Source of the DNA: Eledone cirrhosa
Lineage: Eukaryota
NCBI GenBank assembly: GCA_964016885.1
Contig: OZ024741.1
Coordinates: 88,350,001-88,414,000 of the forward strand
Direction of reading: 5' to 3'
DNA: 64,000 nucleotides
Of the stretch, positions 15,313-29,189 are shown piece by piece. A program made the translations under genes and the position numbers. Every line of letters begins with the position of its first letter. Position 1 is the first letter of the stretch. The notes beneath the pieces were generated by a model, which saw nothing but the letters and a program-made list of their open reading frames with translations, did no database searches and was not told the origin of the DNA.

Positions 15313-17150
15313 CTCAGCTGGGAAGGCTGTAACTCAGACATGTTGAAGCTATATTATAAAATACCATTACAGGTAATATTGCCAAAGGATTTGCAGGCTA
15401 TATTCAACTGCTATGTGAAAGAAGGTAGGTGTTCAGCTTTAGTTTATCAGTTACTATATAAATCGTAACCCATTACAGTACGCTAATATTAACATTACAA
15501 AAAAAAAAAAAATTTAACAATATAAAAAATAACATTCATTAAACAAAATGTTTCTTGGTTGTCAAAAAGTTTGAGAAACCTTAAATTATTAACAAACAAT
15601 TAAATTATCATCATATTTATAATTATTTTTACATTTGTTTTTCCATGTAGAATTCTATAGCCAGATGCCCTTCCTGAAACCAACACTTGTTTTGTTTTGT
15701 TTTTTTCTTAAGGTACAGATCTTTGTACATCCAATCATTGAGCATCAGGATCTGTTTATGCAGAATGTAAACAAATACCACCACCTGTGATGTGGAATGT
15801 GAAAAGAAGAGAAGAAACAAACAAACATACACACACACATAGATATGTATATACAGCTAGCTTTCTTACAGTTTTTGTTGACCAAATTCACTTTCCCAAA
15901 GTGTTATGCAATGGGATAGAGCCTAAGACTACTTAGTTGTGAATGGAACCTCATAACAACATACCCATACTTTATAACAATACACCCATACATGCACCTA
16001 TATTATAGCCTATATCTTTTTTTTATGATCATATCATGTATAATACTTCCAATACTTGTAATTGATAAATGAAATGCAACACCACAGCCAGTGTCAAAGG
16101 GAGATCATTTTTTCATCGCTATTTTAACATAAATCAAATTTTGTAATTTGATCTTTTCTCTATAACTTAGATATATAATCCCACTGATGGAAAACTAAAG
16201 AAAGAGAGATTACGCTTCCTCTAGATTGGCATGTAGCTACATTAGGTAAAATGTATCTATATGTAAAATTAAGCTAAATGAAACTAATATAAAAGTTATC
16301 ATTTTGCCAGCAATAACAAAACAGTGCTTAATGTTATCATCAAAACAAGGTGGTGAATAGGCAGAATTGGTAGAGCATCGGTTAAAATGACATTGTAGTA
16401 TTTGTTTTGACTCTTTACATTCTGAGTTCAAATCCAGCTTCCAGAGTCAATAAAGTATAGTACCTGGGTTGATTTAGCAACTTGGCCCATCCCACAAATT
16501 TGCTGCCCTTGTTCCTAATTAATTAGAAATTAATTAGAAATTAATTTTATTATCAAGAGTATGTCTGATAAAGTAAGATAACTAGAATAAAATTTTAAAG
16601 CAACATTTTTTAAAACTTGTTGAAACAACAATAACAGCAAGAGTAGCAGCAGCAACAGCAACAACAACAACAACAACAACAACAAAGGAGCCCTTAACTC
16701 CTGATGGAATTGTAGAAGCGCCATCATAAATAACACAGTGTATCTTGGCCATGTTAAACCTAGCAGAGCCTATCCCTCTCCAGATCAGAACACAACCAGT
16801 TTCTACAGAAAGAGAATCAACTCAAGGACTGAACTGGTACTTTATTTATCAATCTGAAAGTGTGTGTGTATGTGTGTTTATCTCCACATATGTCTTTGTA
16901 TTGAAACTGCAAGAGCAACCCAGCTGGTGAAATTTGTTTATAATCCACAGCTCAACAGTTTAGTGAATGAAGACCAGTAAAATAGGTATCTTACTTGTTT
17001 TTAAGTACCATACTGAAAAACATATATTGGTGTCACAAAGGAAATCCACCCTCACAATATTTTTTTAAATCTCATTTAACCCATGGCAACATGGAAACAC
17101 AGATGTAAAAGTGAGGATGATGATGGTGATGATGATATATATACATACCT

Positions 17151-18828
17151 ATCATCATCATCATCACCGTTTTACGTCCATTCTTCCACGCTAGCATGGG
17201 TTAGACGGGTTGTCCTGTTGTGGGCAGTGTCTGGTCGGCTGACCATGCCTTGCTCATACAGGAACTGATTTGGCTTGATTTCTACAGCTGGATGCCCTTC
17301 CTAACACCAACCTCATTTACAGTGAGTGCTGGGTGCTTTTTCGTGGCGCCTACACGTCCACTTTACAGTGTGGGCTGGGTGCTTTTTTTGCCGTGGCACC
17401 TCCACGACCACCTTGCGGTGGGGGGTGTGGGGGCATATTGTCTATATGCTTCAGAGGTGTAATTGGGTAAGGTCGGCTTTTATCACCTCATCCCAGGTCA
17501 TCTTGGGTCTCCCCACTCCGCGGTTTCCATCGACTTCTAGTGCTCTGCACCTTTTTATGCAGCTCTCATCCTTCATACGCATCACATGTCCATACCAGCG
17601 CAACCGCCTCTCCTGCACACAGCATTTGATTCCTCTTATGCTCAGTCTCTCTCTCAATTCATTTATGCTTTGTCGTTCACGTATATTACTGTTACACATC
17701 CATCGGAGCATGCAGGCTTCGTTTCTCTCTAATCTACGTAAGTCTTCCACCTTCAGCGCCCAGGTCTCACTACCATGCAACATCGCTACCACGCATCATA
17801 CAGTCTGCCTTTCATTCTGAGGGAGAAGCCTTTTGCAGCTAGCAGTGGCAGTAGTTCCCTAAACTTCTTCCATCCCGTTCTTACCCTAGTTATTGTACTT
17901 TCTGAACACCCACCTCCGCTGCTAATTCGGTCACCTAGGTAGCAGAAGCTGTCTACTGTTTCTACAGAGCCCTCCCAGAGATTGGTGGTACTTGTTTCCT
18001 GTGGCTGTTTGCTGCTTGCTGTCCCAGCACAGCTGCTACATGTGAAGCCTACATTCTTAATTAAGCTTCCTGAGATCCCGCTACATCTCTTGTGTACCCA
18101 TTGTTTGCATTTGGGGCAGAGAATGGAGTTCCTACCTACACCTTTCCTACATACTGAGCAAGGCCATTTCCCTGCGGGGATCTGGGTTCTGTTTTCTCGT
18201 CTACTTACAAGAACCTTAGTCTTTGTCATGTTGACTTTGAGACCCTTTCTTTCTAGTCCCTGCTTCCAAGTTTGGAATTTATTCTCTAGTTCTACCATAG
18301 ATTCAGCTATAAGTGCGAGGTCATTAGCATACAGGAGTTCCCATGGGCATCCGGTCTTAAACTCTTCCGTTATTGCCTGCAGGACTATGATGAACAGGAG
18401 GGGCTAAGAACAGAGCCCTGGTGGACCCCAACCTGTACGCTAAATTCCTCGCTATACTCATTGCTAATCCTAACTTTGCTGACTGCTCCCCTATACATGG
18501 CTTGTACTGCTTCCCTCCTAGCTAAGTATACTTGTCGCCTAGCTTCCCTCTTGGTCTCTATGTAATGTACCCTGCTCCCCCCATTCTTCCATTCTTTCCA
18601 TGCCTGTCTCTTGGCCTTAACTGCTTCATCTACCTTATTATTCCACCACCAAGTCACTCTCCTCCTGCTTGAGGTCTTACTCCAGCCACAGACCTCATCC
18701 GTCGCCGCTAGTAAATTATTTTTTAGGAACTCCCAGTTCTCTTCTACATTGAATGTCTCTATCTGTTCTTCTTTACTGTCGTAGGCGTTGAGTAAAATAT
18801 CTTTAAATCTGTTACTGGTTGAGGGGTC
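17151..18828 (-). mobile_element. RTE LINE family A copy 1 (5'-truncated, internally deleted, PHD-in-RT)
   Basis: ORF pieces TWWWNNKV, GVHQGSVLSP, WPCSVC...HKRC...CSSC, FCYLG and LRWYGHV, with a (tga)n tail. Confidence 0.95.
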
Positions 18829-18865
18829 TATATATATATATATAAAGAGAGAGAGAGAGAGAGAG

Positions 18866-19045
18866 ATGGCTTCTACAGAACTAGAATTGTTTCATTTGAA
18901 GGAAATCATCAGGAAAGCCCTGGACTTTCCTGATGAAACAGTTCTAGTCCTGTAGAAGCCATTTCTATATTAAATTTTGGATACACTCTACTAATGTACT
19001 GAGTACCTTACTTACTGTGGTTACCCCCTGATTAAACCCAGGACT
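18866..19045 (+). mobile_element. Microsatellite-flanked fold-back mini-element with hammerhead 3' half
   Basis: Arms at 18866-18895 / 18933-18962 and an inner stem catcaggaaag/ctttcctgatg, then GAAA-CAG..CTG-TA. It shares the cactctacta...tgagtac motif with the 11765 element. Confidence 0.55.
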
Positions 19046-19089
<44 letters not shown>

Positions 19090-20152
19090 TAAATGTTAAG
19101 ACTGGTTTGTGAGATTACATAATCATTTAATTATTATGCACATTTCAGTAACACTAGGGTGTTGGAGTTATGCAACAATAAGTGGGACATCATCAGATAG
19201 TTATAAACAATTATGTATGAACGTCTATAACTGAAAATAAAGCTACTGATACACATCTAACACAGACATACCCATGCTAGCATGGTAAAATAGATGTTAA
19301 ACGATGATGATGATGATGATGAAAGGCCCTCGGTTACACATTTCATCGTGATTGTTTAGATGATATACATATCTTCTGATGAGAACCCAAAAAGGTTTGA
19401 ACATCAATTAATGGTGTTTATCATTTTTTTTCAGTTTACAAGGAAATATGTATACTTGTCATGTTTACATGTCTATATAATCAGTGTGTAAATTTATATA
19501 CACATTTACAGAGTCTGGATTACCTCTATTCTGTAAAGGATAAAGACCTCTTCGGTCACGAGTAACCATGGGATTTGCACCTAGAAAGTTGTCCTCCGAG
19601 GCACAAGTCCAGGCAAGGTTGTTTGTGGAGGACCAGCAGTCGCCCATACATACCAGTCACCGACGTTGCCCAAAGGAAAGGCTGAAACTAATACAGCTTG
19701 GTACAAATGACGTTGCAACCCATTTCTACTGCTGAGTAAACAGGAGCAATGTGAAATAAAGTGTCTTGCTCAAGAACACAACACACAGCCTGGTCCGGGA
19801 ATCAAACTCACAACTTCACAATTGTAAGCTTGACACTAATCACTAAGCCATGTATATATTCTGTATATATACTGATATAATTTTATTATATACTTAGCTG
19901 CTTAAAGCACAACTTATATATCAAAATTAACTACTAACATGAGCGTTAATAATATGCAAATTAGTATGTTTATTTTTAGGCTGTATAAGCCCCTCATGTA
20001 TTTCCTTGTATTTATTTACATGGTGTATATATCTTCTGCTGAAAACCCCAAAAGGTTCGAAAATCGATAAAATGGTATTTATTATTTATCATTTTTTTTT
20101 AGTTTACAGGGAAATATATCTATCTAGCATTAGTTTACATGTGTATATACTT

Positions 20153-21005
20153 TTCTTATTCTTCGCCCACTTACTCCTGAGAGGGTCATGGGGGTAGTGT
20201 CCTCAAACACTCCAGTGGGTCCTGTCAGAAGCAACCGTCTCCAACTGATCCAGCTGGATCCCCAACCAAGACCAGCCAAACTCATGGATGCTATCCAACC
20301 ATCTTGCTTGGAGTCTACCCCTGGGTCTCCTGTCGGTGGGTTTTGCTTGCAAAATCTGTCCAGCAATTCTTTTCTGAGACATTCTAATCACATGCCCATA
20401 GTGTCGGAGCTGTAATCTCTCAATTCGGAGAGGTAACTGCTCTACCTGGAGTGACTCTCTCATCTCTGAGCTACGCACTCTATCGAATAACGTTACTCCA
20501 AAGATCCTTCGGAGGTTCCCATTTTAGCCGTTTATATGTCATTACCCAAGATTCAGACCATAGATAAATGATTGACACGAATACCAAATTGAAGATAGCG
20601 AGTTTGGCTTTTACACCTTCCTCCCTTGTTCTGATTACCAAATACTGTATCTGGCACATTACTGCACCAGCTTCTGCAATTCTTGCACTTAATTCAGCCT
20701 CTTGCCTTCAATCAGTTATGAACATGGCTCCGTGATACTTGAACTTCTCCACCTGCTTCAGTGGAACTCCATTCACAAGTAGAGTCCACTACGCAGGCTT
20801 CCTTGAGAGGATGAGTGTATCAGTTTTTGCAGCACTGATTTTCATTTCAGCCATGTAGCATTCAGCATCAAATCTATCAAGTGCGAGTCAGAGATCATTT
20901 TCTGACTAGTTAAGTAGCACCATGTCGTCTGCAAATTCCAGCCAACTGATTTTATATTTACCAGTCGTAATACCACTTCCAACCTGGCTGCACATGTCAA
21001 TCCTG
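20153..21005 (-). mobile_element. RTE LINE family D fragment without PHD (related pieces at about 33270-33560 + and 40935-41220 +)
   Basis: FADDMVLL...KISAAKT...VNGVPLKQVEKFKY...LRHYGHVIRM...RPRGR, with an (aag)-type tail. Confidence 0.85.
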
Positions 21006-21814
21006 CAGCCGGGTTAGAAGTGGTATATACTCAATACATTGTTTTGGTTACCTCTGCATAGCCAGTATTTATGAGATACGAGGTTTGCTTCCTCATAGCA
21101 ACTGATGGCAACTTCTTTTTGTGTCTCTAAGGGTCTTCACCCTATTTTATAAGCTATTTCATAGCATCTCCATGCATGAGCCCAATACTGTTGTCAGAAA
21201 TACAGTGAACTAGTGGAAATCTGTAACCATGCAACAATGCTATTGTTTGTCAATTTAAATGAAATTTACAGCCCCGGCTTATAAAGGTTTAGCTAACTTC
21301 CTATGAGACTGCCTTTCATAGGAGGCTTCTTGGGTGTTTTAATGAAAAGGGTCTCAGTTCTCTCATGGAAAGCAATGTGAAATGAAGCATCTCGCTCAAG
21401 AACACAATGTGCCACTTGGACCAGGAATTATCCCCATGAACTTATGATGGATAATCCAACATCTTAATTACTTGGCCACACCTTCGTCAATTGTACTATC
21501 AAATATGGGTAAAAATAATTAGAGATGTAATATATGTAAAATGTACAATATTTGAAATAAAACTTTCAACAGATGGGAATTTAGTGTAGAAGACAGAAAG
21601 ATACATAGCTTGACTAGCTGGACAGTTGGACATTCCTAACAATTCATACATTCTATTGTTGGAACAGCATGGCTCCAACAAATAGGTAAGTGGCATGATA
21701 ATAGTACATATGGATTCATAAATAAGGCTATAAAAACAAAGTGACAGACACTGAATGAAGTGGAAGAAAAGAAATAGTGGAGATCAATTTCAGTAAGCAA
21801 GGTAGCAAGCTTAT

Positions 21815-22041
21815 TTAACCCTTTAGCATTTACATTACTCTATATTTTCTATTATATTTTCATTGTAAAGGCTTTACCTCATAATTATCTCACATAATAT
21901 TGAATCTATGAGATTTTAATATTATTTATTTTGAGAACAATGCCTTAACATCGGTATGAGCGGCCGGTTAAAGCTGGTCTGAACAGAACGAGGTGAGGGC
22001 ATTCGGTCCAGATATGGCCAGTTTAAATGCTAAAGGGTTAA
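21815..22041. mobile_element. piggyBac-type MITE copy 4
   Basis: TTAA plus intact TIRs. Confidence 0.85.
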
Positions 22042-22491
22042 CCAAGTGAAAAGCTGTAAGTTAGAAGTTTGTTAATCTTTTATGCCATGAGGATGAACAA
22101 TGGTTATGAGATATACCATATTGCAGGACAATGTATTTGTCTGAACTATGAATCTATAATCCAAATTAAGTTAAGACTTACAACTCATGAGAAACAGAAT
22201 GTCATTTAGAGACCTTCTTTCAAGCCATATAACACTAATCTGTTGTGTCTGAGTAATAATAATAAATATATTTTCATATTTACTATTATGTCAGTGAAAA
22301 ACAAAAAACAAAAATGCATTTTTTTTAAAAATTGTTTTCTTCATGTTTCGCGTGAGGGTGTGAATTGGGGTACTCTTTTGAAAACAGTATTGATATATTT
22401 TACAATATCTATATATTATATATTTATGTGTCTAGTTATATAATCTCCCTGAATGTTTCTTTATCTCTCTCTATCCCTCTATCTCTCTCTC

Positions 22492-22530
<39 letters not shown>

Positions 22531-23083
22531 GCGTGTGTGTGTAACCGTGTGCATGTGTGTACACACACACATGCACACATTCCTACAAATGACAGTAATG
22601 TAGGTTACTGAATTTTACAAAAGCATAATTTATGTATGTGTATGTATGTGTGTGTGTGTGTGCGTGTGTGTGTGATTATATGTGTTTATACAATTACCCA
22701 ATCTATTTTGGTAATATAAACACAGAAATATGAAGCAGTTTTTTATGTTTTGGGCTGCTTTTTTTACTGCCTTCTCTTTATATATCTTGTTTTTTTTCTT
22801 TGTTTTATTTTTTCTGGTTGTTAGTTTAATATAAATCTATCGTGGGAAAACCTAACCCTATTTTTAACAAAGATTATATATATATTTATAAATGTGTACC
22901 ACTAACAAATGATTGAGACTGATATATGTCTTATACATTTACTCTTGTCTCTTAATGTAATTTTGTTGTTGCTGAAAAAAGCTATTTTGTAGCTAACAAA
23001 ACCTTATGTGTGTTTGTGTTGATGGAAACTGTGTGGAAATCCAGCATAATCCATGCAAGCATGGAAAAACTGCTGTAAAAATA

Positions 23084-23125
<42 letters not shown>

Positions 23126-24547
23126 GTGTGTGTGTCAAGCTGGACGGTATGTAAGAGAGATGTGGCCCCTGGGCAGTCTAGGAGGGCACTAGCTCCTACA
23201 AGTACTGACTTTCTCTGTAATGACCCATCCAACCCATGCCAACATGGAAAAACAGACGTCAAATTATGATGATGAAGATGATGATGATGACAATGATGAT
23301 GATATGTGTGGCTGTGTGTGTCTGATTCCATGTAAGCCTTTACATTAACACAGCTTAACCATTTCATTACCATATTTAAAATGAAAGTCAATGCCTAAGG
23401 TTTTCAAATAATTTTTAAAATAATCAATGGAAGGTGTTTAGATAAATGTAAACACTTTAAAATAAACAGCTTAGTAATGTAGAACCAGGACTGGTTTCAG
23501 GTAATTTGGTATCAAAAGGGTTAAGCTGGGGTTTGGAATATAACATAACAAAGAAATGATGAAAGGCAATGATTTCCTTGGCAGGATTTGAATTCAGAAC
23601 ATAAGCAAAGCATTTGTCCGATACTCTAATAATTTTGTCAATGCACTACCCTAATAATAATTCTTCCTAATGTTGACACAAGACTGACAATTTGGGGAGA
23701 AGGAGAAAGTCGATTATAATGATCCCAGTACTTAACTGGTACTTTATATTATCAACCCCAGAAAGATGAAAGGCAAAGTTGTCCTCGGCAGGAATTGAAC
23801 TCAGAAGGTAAAGAGCCAAAAAAAATACAGCAAAGCATTTGTCTCATGCTCTAACAATTCTGCCAATCTACTACCACCCCAATAGTCATAATAATTGTTT
23901 CTACTTTAGGCACAAGGCCAGAAATTACCCAGTGTATTACTGGTACTTTATTTTATCGACCCTGAAGGATGAAAGGCAAAGTCAACCTCGGTGGGATTTG
24001 AACTCAGATCGTAAAGGGACGTAACTATGCTGGAAAGCATATAGTAATAATAATGAGGCAGATGATCATGAGAAGAGAGGGGAGGAGAGAAGAGGTACAG
24101 GGAAAGAGGAGGATGGGAAAGAAGAAAAAGAGACTCTTCATGATCAAATTCTAACTAACAGAAGAGATGAGGAAGAAATGCAATAAGCGGAGAGATGCTG
24201 TGCTGGAAAATACCTGTCCAACCTATGCGAACATGGAAAAGCAGGTGTAAAATGATGGTGATGATAATTGTATTTCATACTTAGAATAAAAAAATTTGTT
24301 ATGTTTACCTGACAAAATCTAATAATTGTTTACACTTTTGGCACAAGGCCAGCAATTACCCAGTGTATTACTGGTACTTTATTTTATCGACCCCATAAGG
24401 ATGAAATGCAAAGTTAACCTCGGCAAGATTTGAACTCAGAATGGCAAGGGCCGTAACTCTATGCGTCAAAGCATGGCGTCCGACCCTCTACCGATACTGC
24501 TAATCCACCACCTAAAAGGAATATTTTTAACAATATCAAATATTAAA

Positions 24548-24776
24548 TTAAGCCTTAAGCATTTACATTACTTTATATATACTATTGTATTTTTGTGGTA
24601 AAGGCTTTATCTTTCATAATTATCTCACATAATATCGAATCTATGAGATTTTGATGTTATTCATTTTGAGAACAATACCCTCATATCAGTATGAGTGGCC
24701 ATTTATGGCCAGTTAGAACAAAAAAAGGTAGGAGAATTCTGGCCACATACGGCCAGTTGAAATTCTAAAGGGTTAA
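24548..24776. mobile_element. piggyBac-type MITE copy 5
   Basis: Same internal sequence, slightly degenerate TIRs. Confidence 0.8.
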
Positions 24777-25474
24777 GATAGTAAAAGAAATATACTCATG
24801 GAAATAATTTGGAGATTATAATAAACAATATATCAATTTGTCATAATGGAATCTTTTTTTCTTGGTTTTTATGTCTGCTATCCATGCTGGAATAGGTTAG
24901 ATGAGATTTATTCAAGGAGTATTTTCTAACGCCAAACCATAGTTTATTTTTAAGTATGGTATATGCTGTGGAACCTAAATTGTGAGACATATTGTTTATG
25001 AGACATAAACAAACATCACAGCTTGTTTAAATAGTGTCAATGTGAAAACACATGGTGACAGATGTGTGTGTAAAAGAGGAATCAAATATAGTGTACAAGA
25101 TTGATTGCACTTGAAGGGGAATCTGTCAATGAAATAAAACCTTCTCAAGTAGCGAAGCCAATTAATCAACTACACAATCCCAGTAGAATATATTTCATTT
25201 GTGAAAAAGTTCATTACTATTATTTCCTTTAACTCAGCTTGGTATATTAGAAGTATCAGCAGAACATTGAACAACAAAATTCTTTGTGTTATTTAGTTAC
25301 GACTTTCTATGTCCTGAGTTCAAATGTTGCTGAGGTCAAGTTTACTTTTCATCCTGCCAAGGCTGAAAAAATAAAGTACTAGGATCAGTATAATTGACTT
25401 TCCCTTTTCCTTTCCACACAAAATTGTTGGCCTTGTACCTAAGTTAGAAACCAGACACAAAATGGTAATGATGA

Positions 25475-25542
<68 letters not shown>

Positions 25543-27249
25543 GAGTGAATAACAATAATATTATAATAATTTTTTCAACTTTTGGCACAAGGCCAGCAAT
25601 TATCCCAGTGTATTACTGGTGATTTATTTTATCGACCCCATAAGGATGAAAGGCAAAGTTAACCTCAGCTGTTTAGCAAGTAAACAGCCTCATAAAACAC
25701 CACATGGTAGATGAACAACTTCATCCTATTCTTCCAACGGTAGCTGAGAGAAAACAATTGACAATTGAGATTTATTCAAGATTTATATGCCAACACAACA
25801 GCAAGAATGATGGGGTCATTCTACTCACATGACTTAAAGAGGCTATTTGCATAATTGCAAACGAATCAAATATTATTAATATTTGAAAAACTCAGATTTA
25901 CATTTCTTGCATTCAGCCATGTTGAGAAGTTAGTCAAGAAGTATTCTTTAACACCAAACCATAGTTTATTTTTAAGTGTGGTATATGCCACATAAATTGT
26001 GGGATATATTGTTTATATGAGACATAAACAAACATCACAGCTTGCTTAAACAGTGTCAATGTGAAAATACATGGTGACAGGTGTGTGTGTGCGTGTGTGT
26101 GTAAAAGAAGAATCAAATATAGTGTACAAGATTGATTGCATTGGAAGGGGAATCTGTCAATGAAATATAACCTTTGTAAATTGTCAACTGTCAATTGTTC
26201 TCTCTTAGCTACCACTGGAACAAAAGGATGTTGTTCATCTACCATGTGGTGTTTTATGAGGTTTGTAAATAAACTGAATATTAATAATATTATTATAATA
26301 TTGTTATTCACTCACGAATACACTTAGGTATCCACCAAGTTAAGCGCGAAAACAAATTTTGTTTATATATATATATGTGCATGAGTGTGTGAAGAAATAT
26401 TGATTATGGTAGAACAATAAAAATTGCTGAACTACAACAAAATTTCTTATTTGTTAATGTGGTGGAGAGAGGTAGTCATTATTACATTTACTAGACTGAA
26501 GGTGGTGGATTGGCAGAACTGTTCGTGTATTGGATGAAATACATAGCAGTATTCTGTTACGGCCCTCTATGTTCTTGTTTAAAATTGGCAAAATAAAGTA
26601 CCAGTAAAATACTAAAACAATATAATCAACTTAACTCTTTCCCAAAAAATTGTTGGCCTTGTGCCTAAATTAGAAACCAGCATATCTATTGGACAAGAAA
26701 AATTACATAAAATGTAATAAAGTAAAAAGAAAAACTCTTGTCAATATTTGATAGTGTTATACTTGGTTTTATTTATTGATTTTTTAAAACCTATTTTTGA
26801 GAAAAGACTATATTTTCATTTCTTATGTTATTGCTATTGTTTGCATAGTAGCCATCAGTTACCTATCATATTTCACCAGAACTGTTAGCTGTCTACAAAA
26901 TAGAACAGGGTGACCTAGACATTCATGAAATTGGATCTGTTTTCTGTCTAGTCTAGTCTCTCTCTCTGACCTCTGTTGTCCAGTTGTTTGACCAATGGCA
27001 CACAACTTGTTCAAGAACTTAACATATAAGTGGCTGAACATTCCACAGACCAGTGTAGTTCTCAGCTAGATTCAGCATGACACAGTGTGTGACAAAGCTG
27101 GCATTTTGAATTACAGGTACAACTCACTTTTACTTGCTCAGCAGATTGGAGCAACATGAAATAAAGTGTCTTGCACAAGGACAAAATGCATTACCAGGAA
27201 TCAAACTTATGACCTTACAATCATGAGCCGAATATCTTAACCACCAAGC

Positions 27250-28260
27250 CTCACACCTTTACATACACAAACTCAGCCCCCACACATAATGGTGGCAAAA
27301 GCAAAGGTGATGCACTTGAGAGAGGCAATTAGAGGCATCAATTTGTTATGAAGGTCAAAAAAAGTGTGCCAGTACAATTGATTATGGACAGAATTACCCT
27401 TGGTGAAATGCAGTTTGATTTTGTATGAGAAAGAGAGTTACTACTAATACCATCTTCCTAGTGAGACAACTGCAGGAGATGTATAGGAATAAACCCCTAT
27501 ATTGAACAAAGGCCTCTGACATAGTTCCACACTCTGTAATTTGGCGGTTTTGAAAGAAGCTAGGAATGAATGAATGACATGTGAAGGCTGTAGAAGTTAT
27601 GTATAGAGATGCAGTCAGCAAGGTAAAGAGCCAGCAATGAGTAAAGGGATGAATTTAGCATGCAGATAGGAGTGTATCAGGGCTCAGTCCTCAGCACTCT
27701 CCTCTTTATTACAGTCCTCTAGGCTATATCACAAGAGTTAAGACCAGATATCTATGGAAACTCCTATAGCAGAATCCATAAAAGAATGAGAAAAATTCCA
27801 AACATGGAAGCAAAATCTAGAAATAAAAAAAAAAATGAAAGTAAACCTAAAAAAGATTAAAAGTTTTAGCAAGTAGGAGGGAAAACAGGACCCTGCTACC
27901 ACCAGGGAAATGATTGTGCTCAATATGAAGAAAAGGAGTGGTTAGAAACTCCATACGGTTTACCCAGTGTGTACAATGGATGCACAAATGGTGTAGTGGG
28001 ATCACAGGTAGGCTGACAAAGAAGGTAGACCTCATTTGAAACAGATCCACAAGAGAAGTCGGCAGTAATGATACATATGAAATAAATTCAATCAGAAGGT
28101 TCACTAGTAGTTGATAACTTTTGCTAATTAGGTGACCTCAGTAGTAGTGAAGGTGGTTGTATCAAAAACACAGTGGTCAGAATGAGAAAGGAGAGAAAAA
28201 AGTTTGGGGAGTTGTTACTTCTGGTGACAAGAAAGGGTTTCTCTCTCAGTTAATATAATG
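27250..28260 (+). mobile_element. Old degenerate PHD-bearing RTE LINE fragment
   Basis: Recognisable remnants of KGKGDAL..NYRGI, EMQFDF, GVYQGSVLS and CSI..KGV.RNSI...CVQWMHKWCSGITG. Confidence 0.8.
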
Positions 28261-28273
28261 CATGTATATATAT

Positions 28274-28360
28274 GAGTCTGATGAGTTACTGATTCCAGAA
28301 TTGGATCCGATCAATACAGATCAAACCGTGAGCTGATCAATCGCGAAATGCGCGTCACTC
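28274..28360 (+). ncRNA. Type I hammerhead ribozyme in a TA-flanked element of about 300 bp (28266-28565)
   Basis: GAGU-CUGAUGA-[long, partly decayed stem II]-GAAA-UGCGCG-UC-ACUC, followed by aataaa. Confidence 0.75.
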
Positions 28361-28566
28361 CTGAATAAACTTAATGATGATACTCTGACACCTCATTCCT
28401 ACTTATTATTAATATTACACTCTGCTTATGAAAGAAACCGACCATAGTATAACACCAAATTAACAACACCACGTACTAAACTTAAACAGACCCACCTACA
28501 CAGCGAGTTCTCAAGTTGGTGAACTAACAATAACATAAAGTTACAATATATTAAACTATATATATA

Positions 28567-28908
28567 TGGCTTAGTGGTTAGAGCATTGGGCTTGCAATCG
28601 AAAGGTTGTGAGTTCAATTCTCGGACCAGGTGATGTGTTGTTTCCTTGAGCAAGACACTTTATTTCACATTGCTCCAGTTTACTCAGCTGTAGAAATGAG
28701 TGGACGTGTAGGCGCCACGGAAGAAAAGGACCCAGCACTCACCCTAAATGAGGTTGGTGTTAGGAAGAGCATCCAGCTGTAGAAATCAAGCCAGAATCAG
28801 TTCCCGTATGAGCAAGACAAGGTCAGCCGACCGGTCACTGCCCACAACAGGACAACCCGTCTAACCCATGCTAGTGTGGAAGAACGGATGTAAAACGGTG
28901 ATGATGAT
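28567..28908 (+). mobile_element. Chimeric SINE: tRNA-derived family 2 head joined to the RTE-A 3' end
   Basis: tggcttagtggttag A-box, gagttcaattc B-box and ccttgagcaagacac core, then from about 28700 sequence matching the RTE-A 3' UTR. Confidence 0.75.
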
Positions 28909-29189
28909 ATATATATATATATATGTATGATATATCAATGGGTCATCAACTGTATTGTCTTTTCCAAGGAAATCTGATTCCTGTTTTAGATAATATTTCA
29001 AACTGAGACAATGCAAAATAGATGAAAAGAAGGAGTGCTTTAATGTGGGTAGGTGCCTAACCAGACAATGTAGTTAGTTAATTTACAATGTCAACAGAGC
29101 AATGAAAAGAACATTATGTCCATTTCTAATGGTTAAAAAGTACAGTTTAGATATTTCTGATATATGATTTAACTATTAATGTCATGCAC

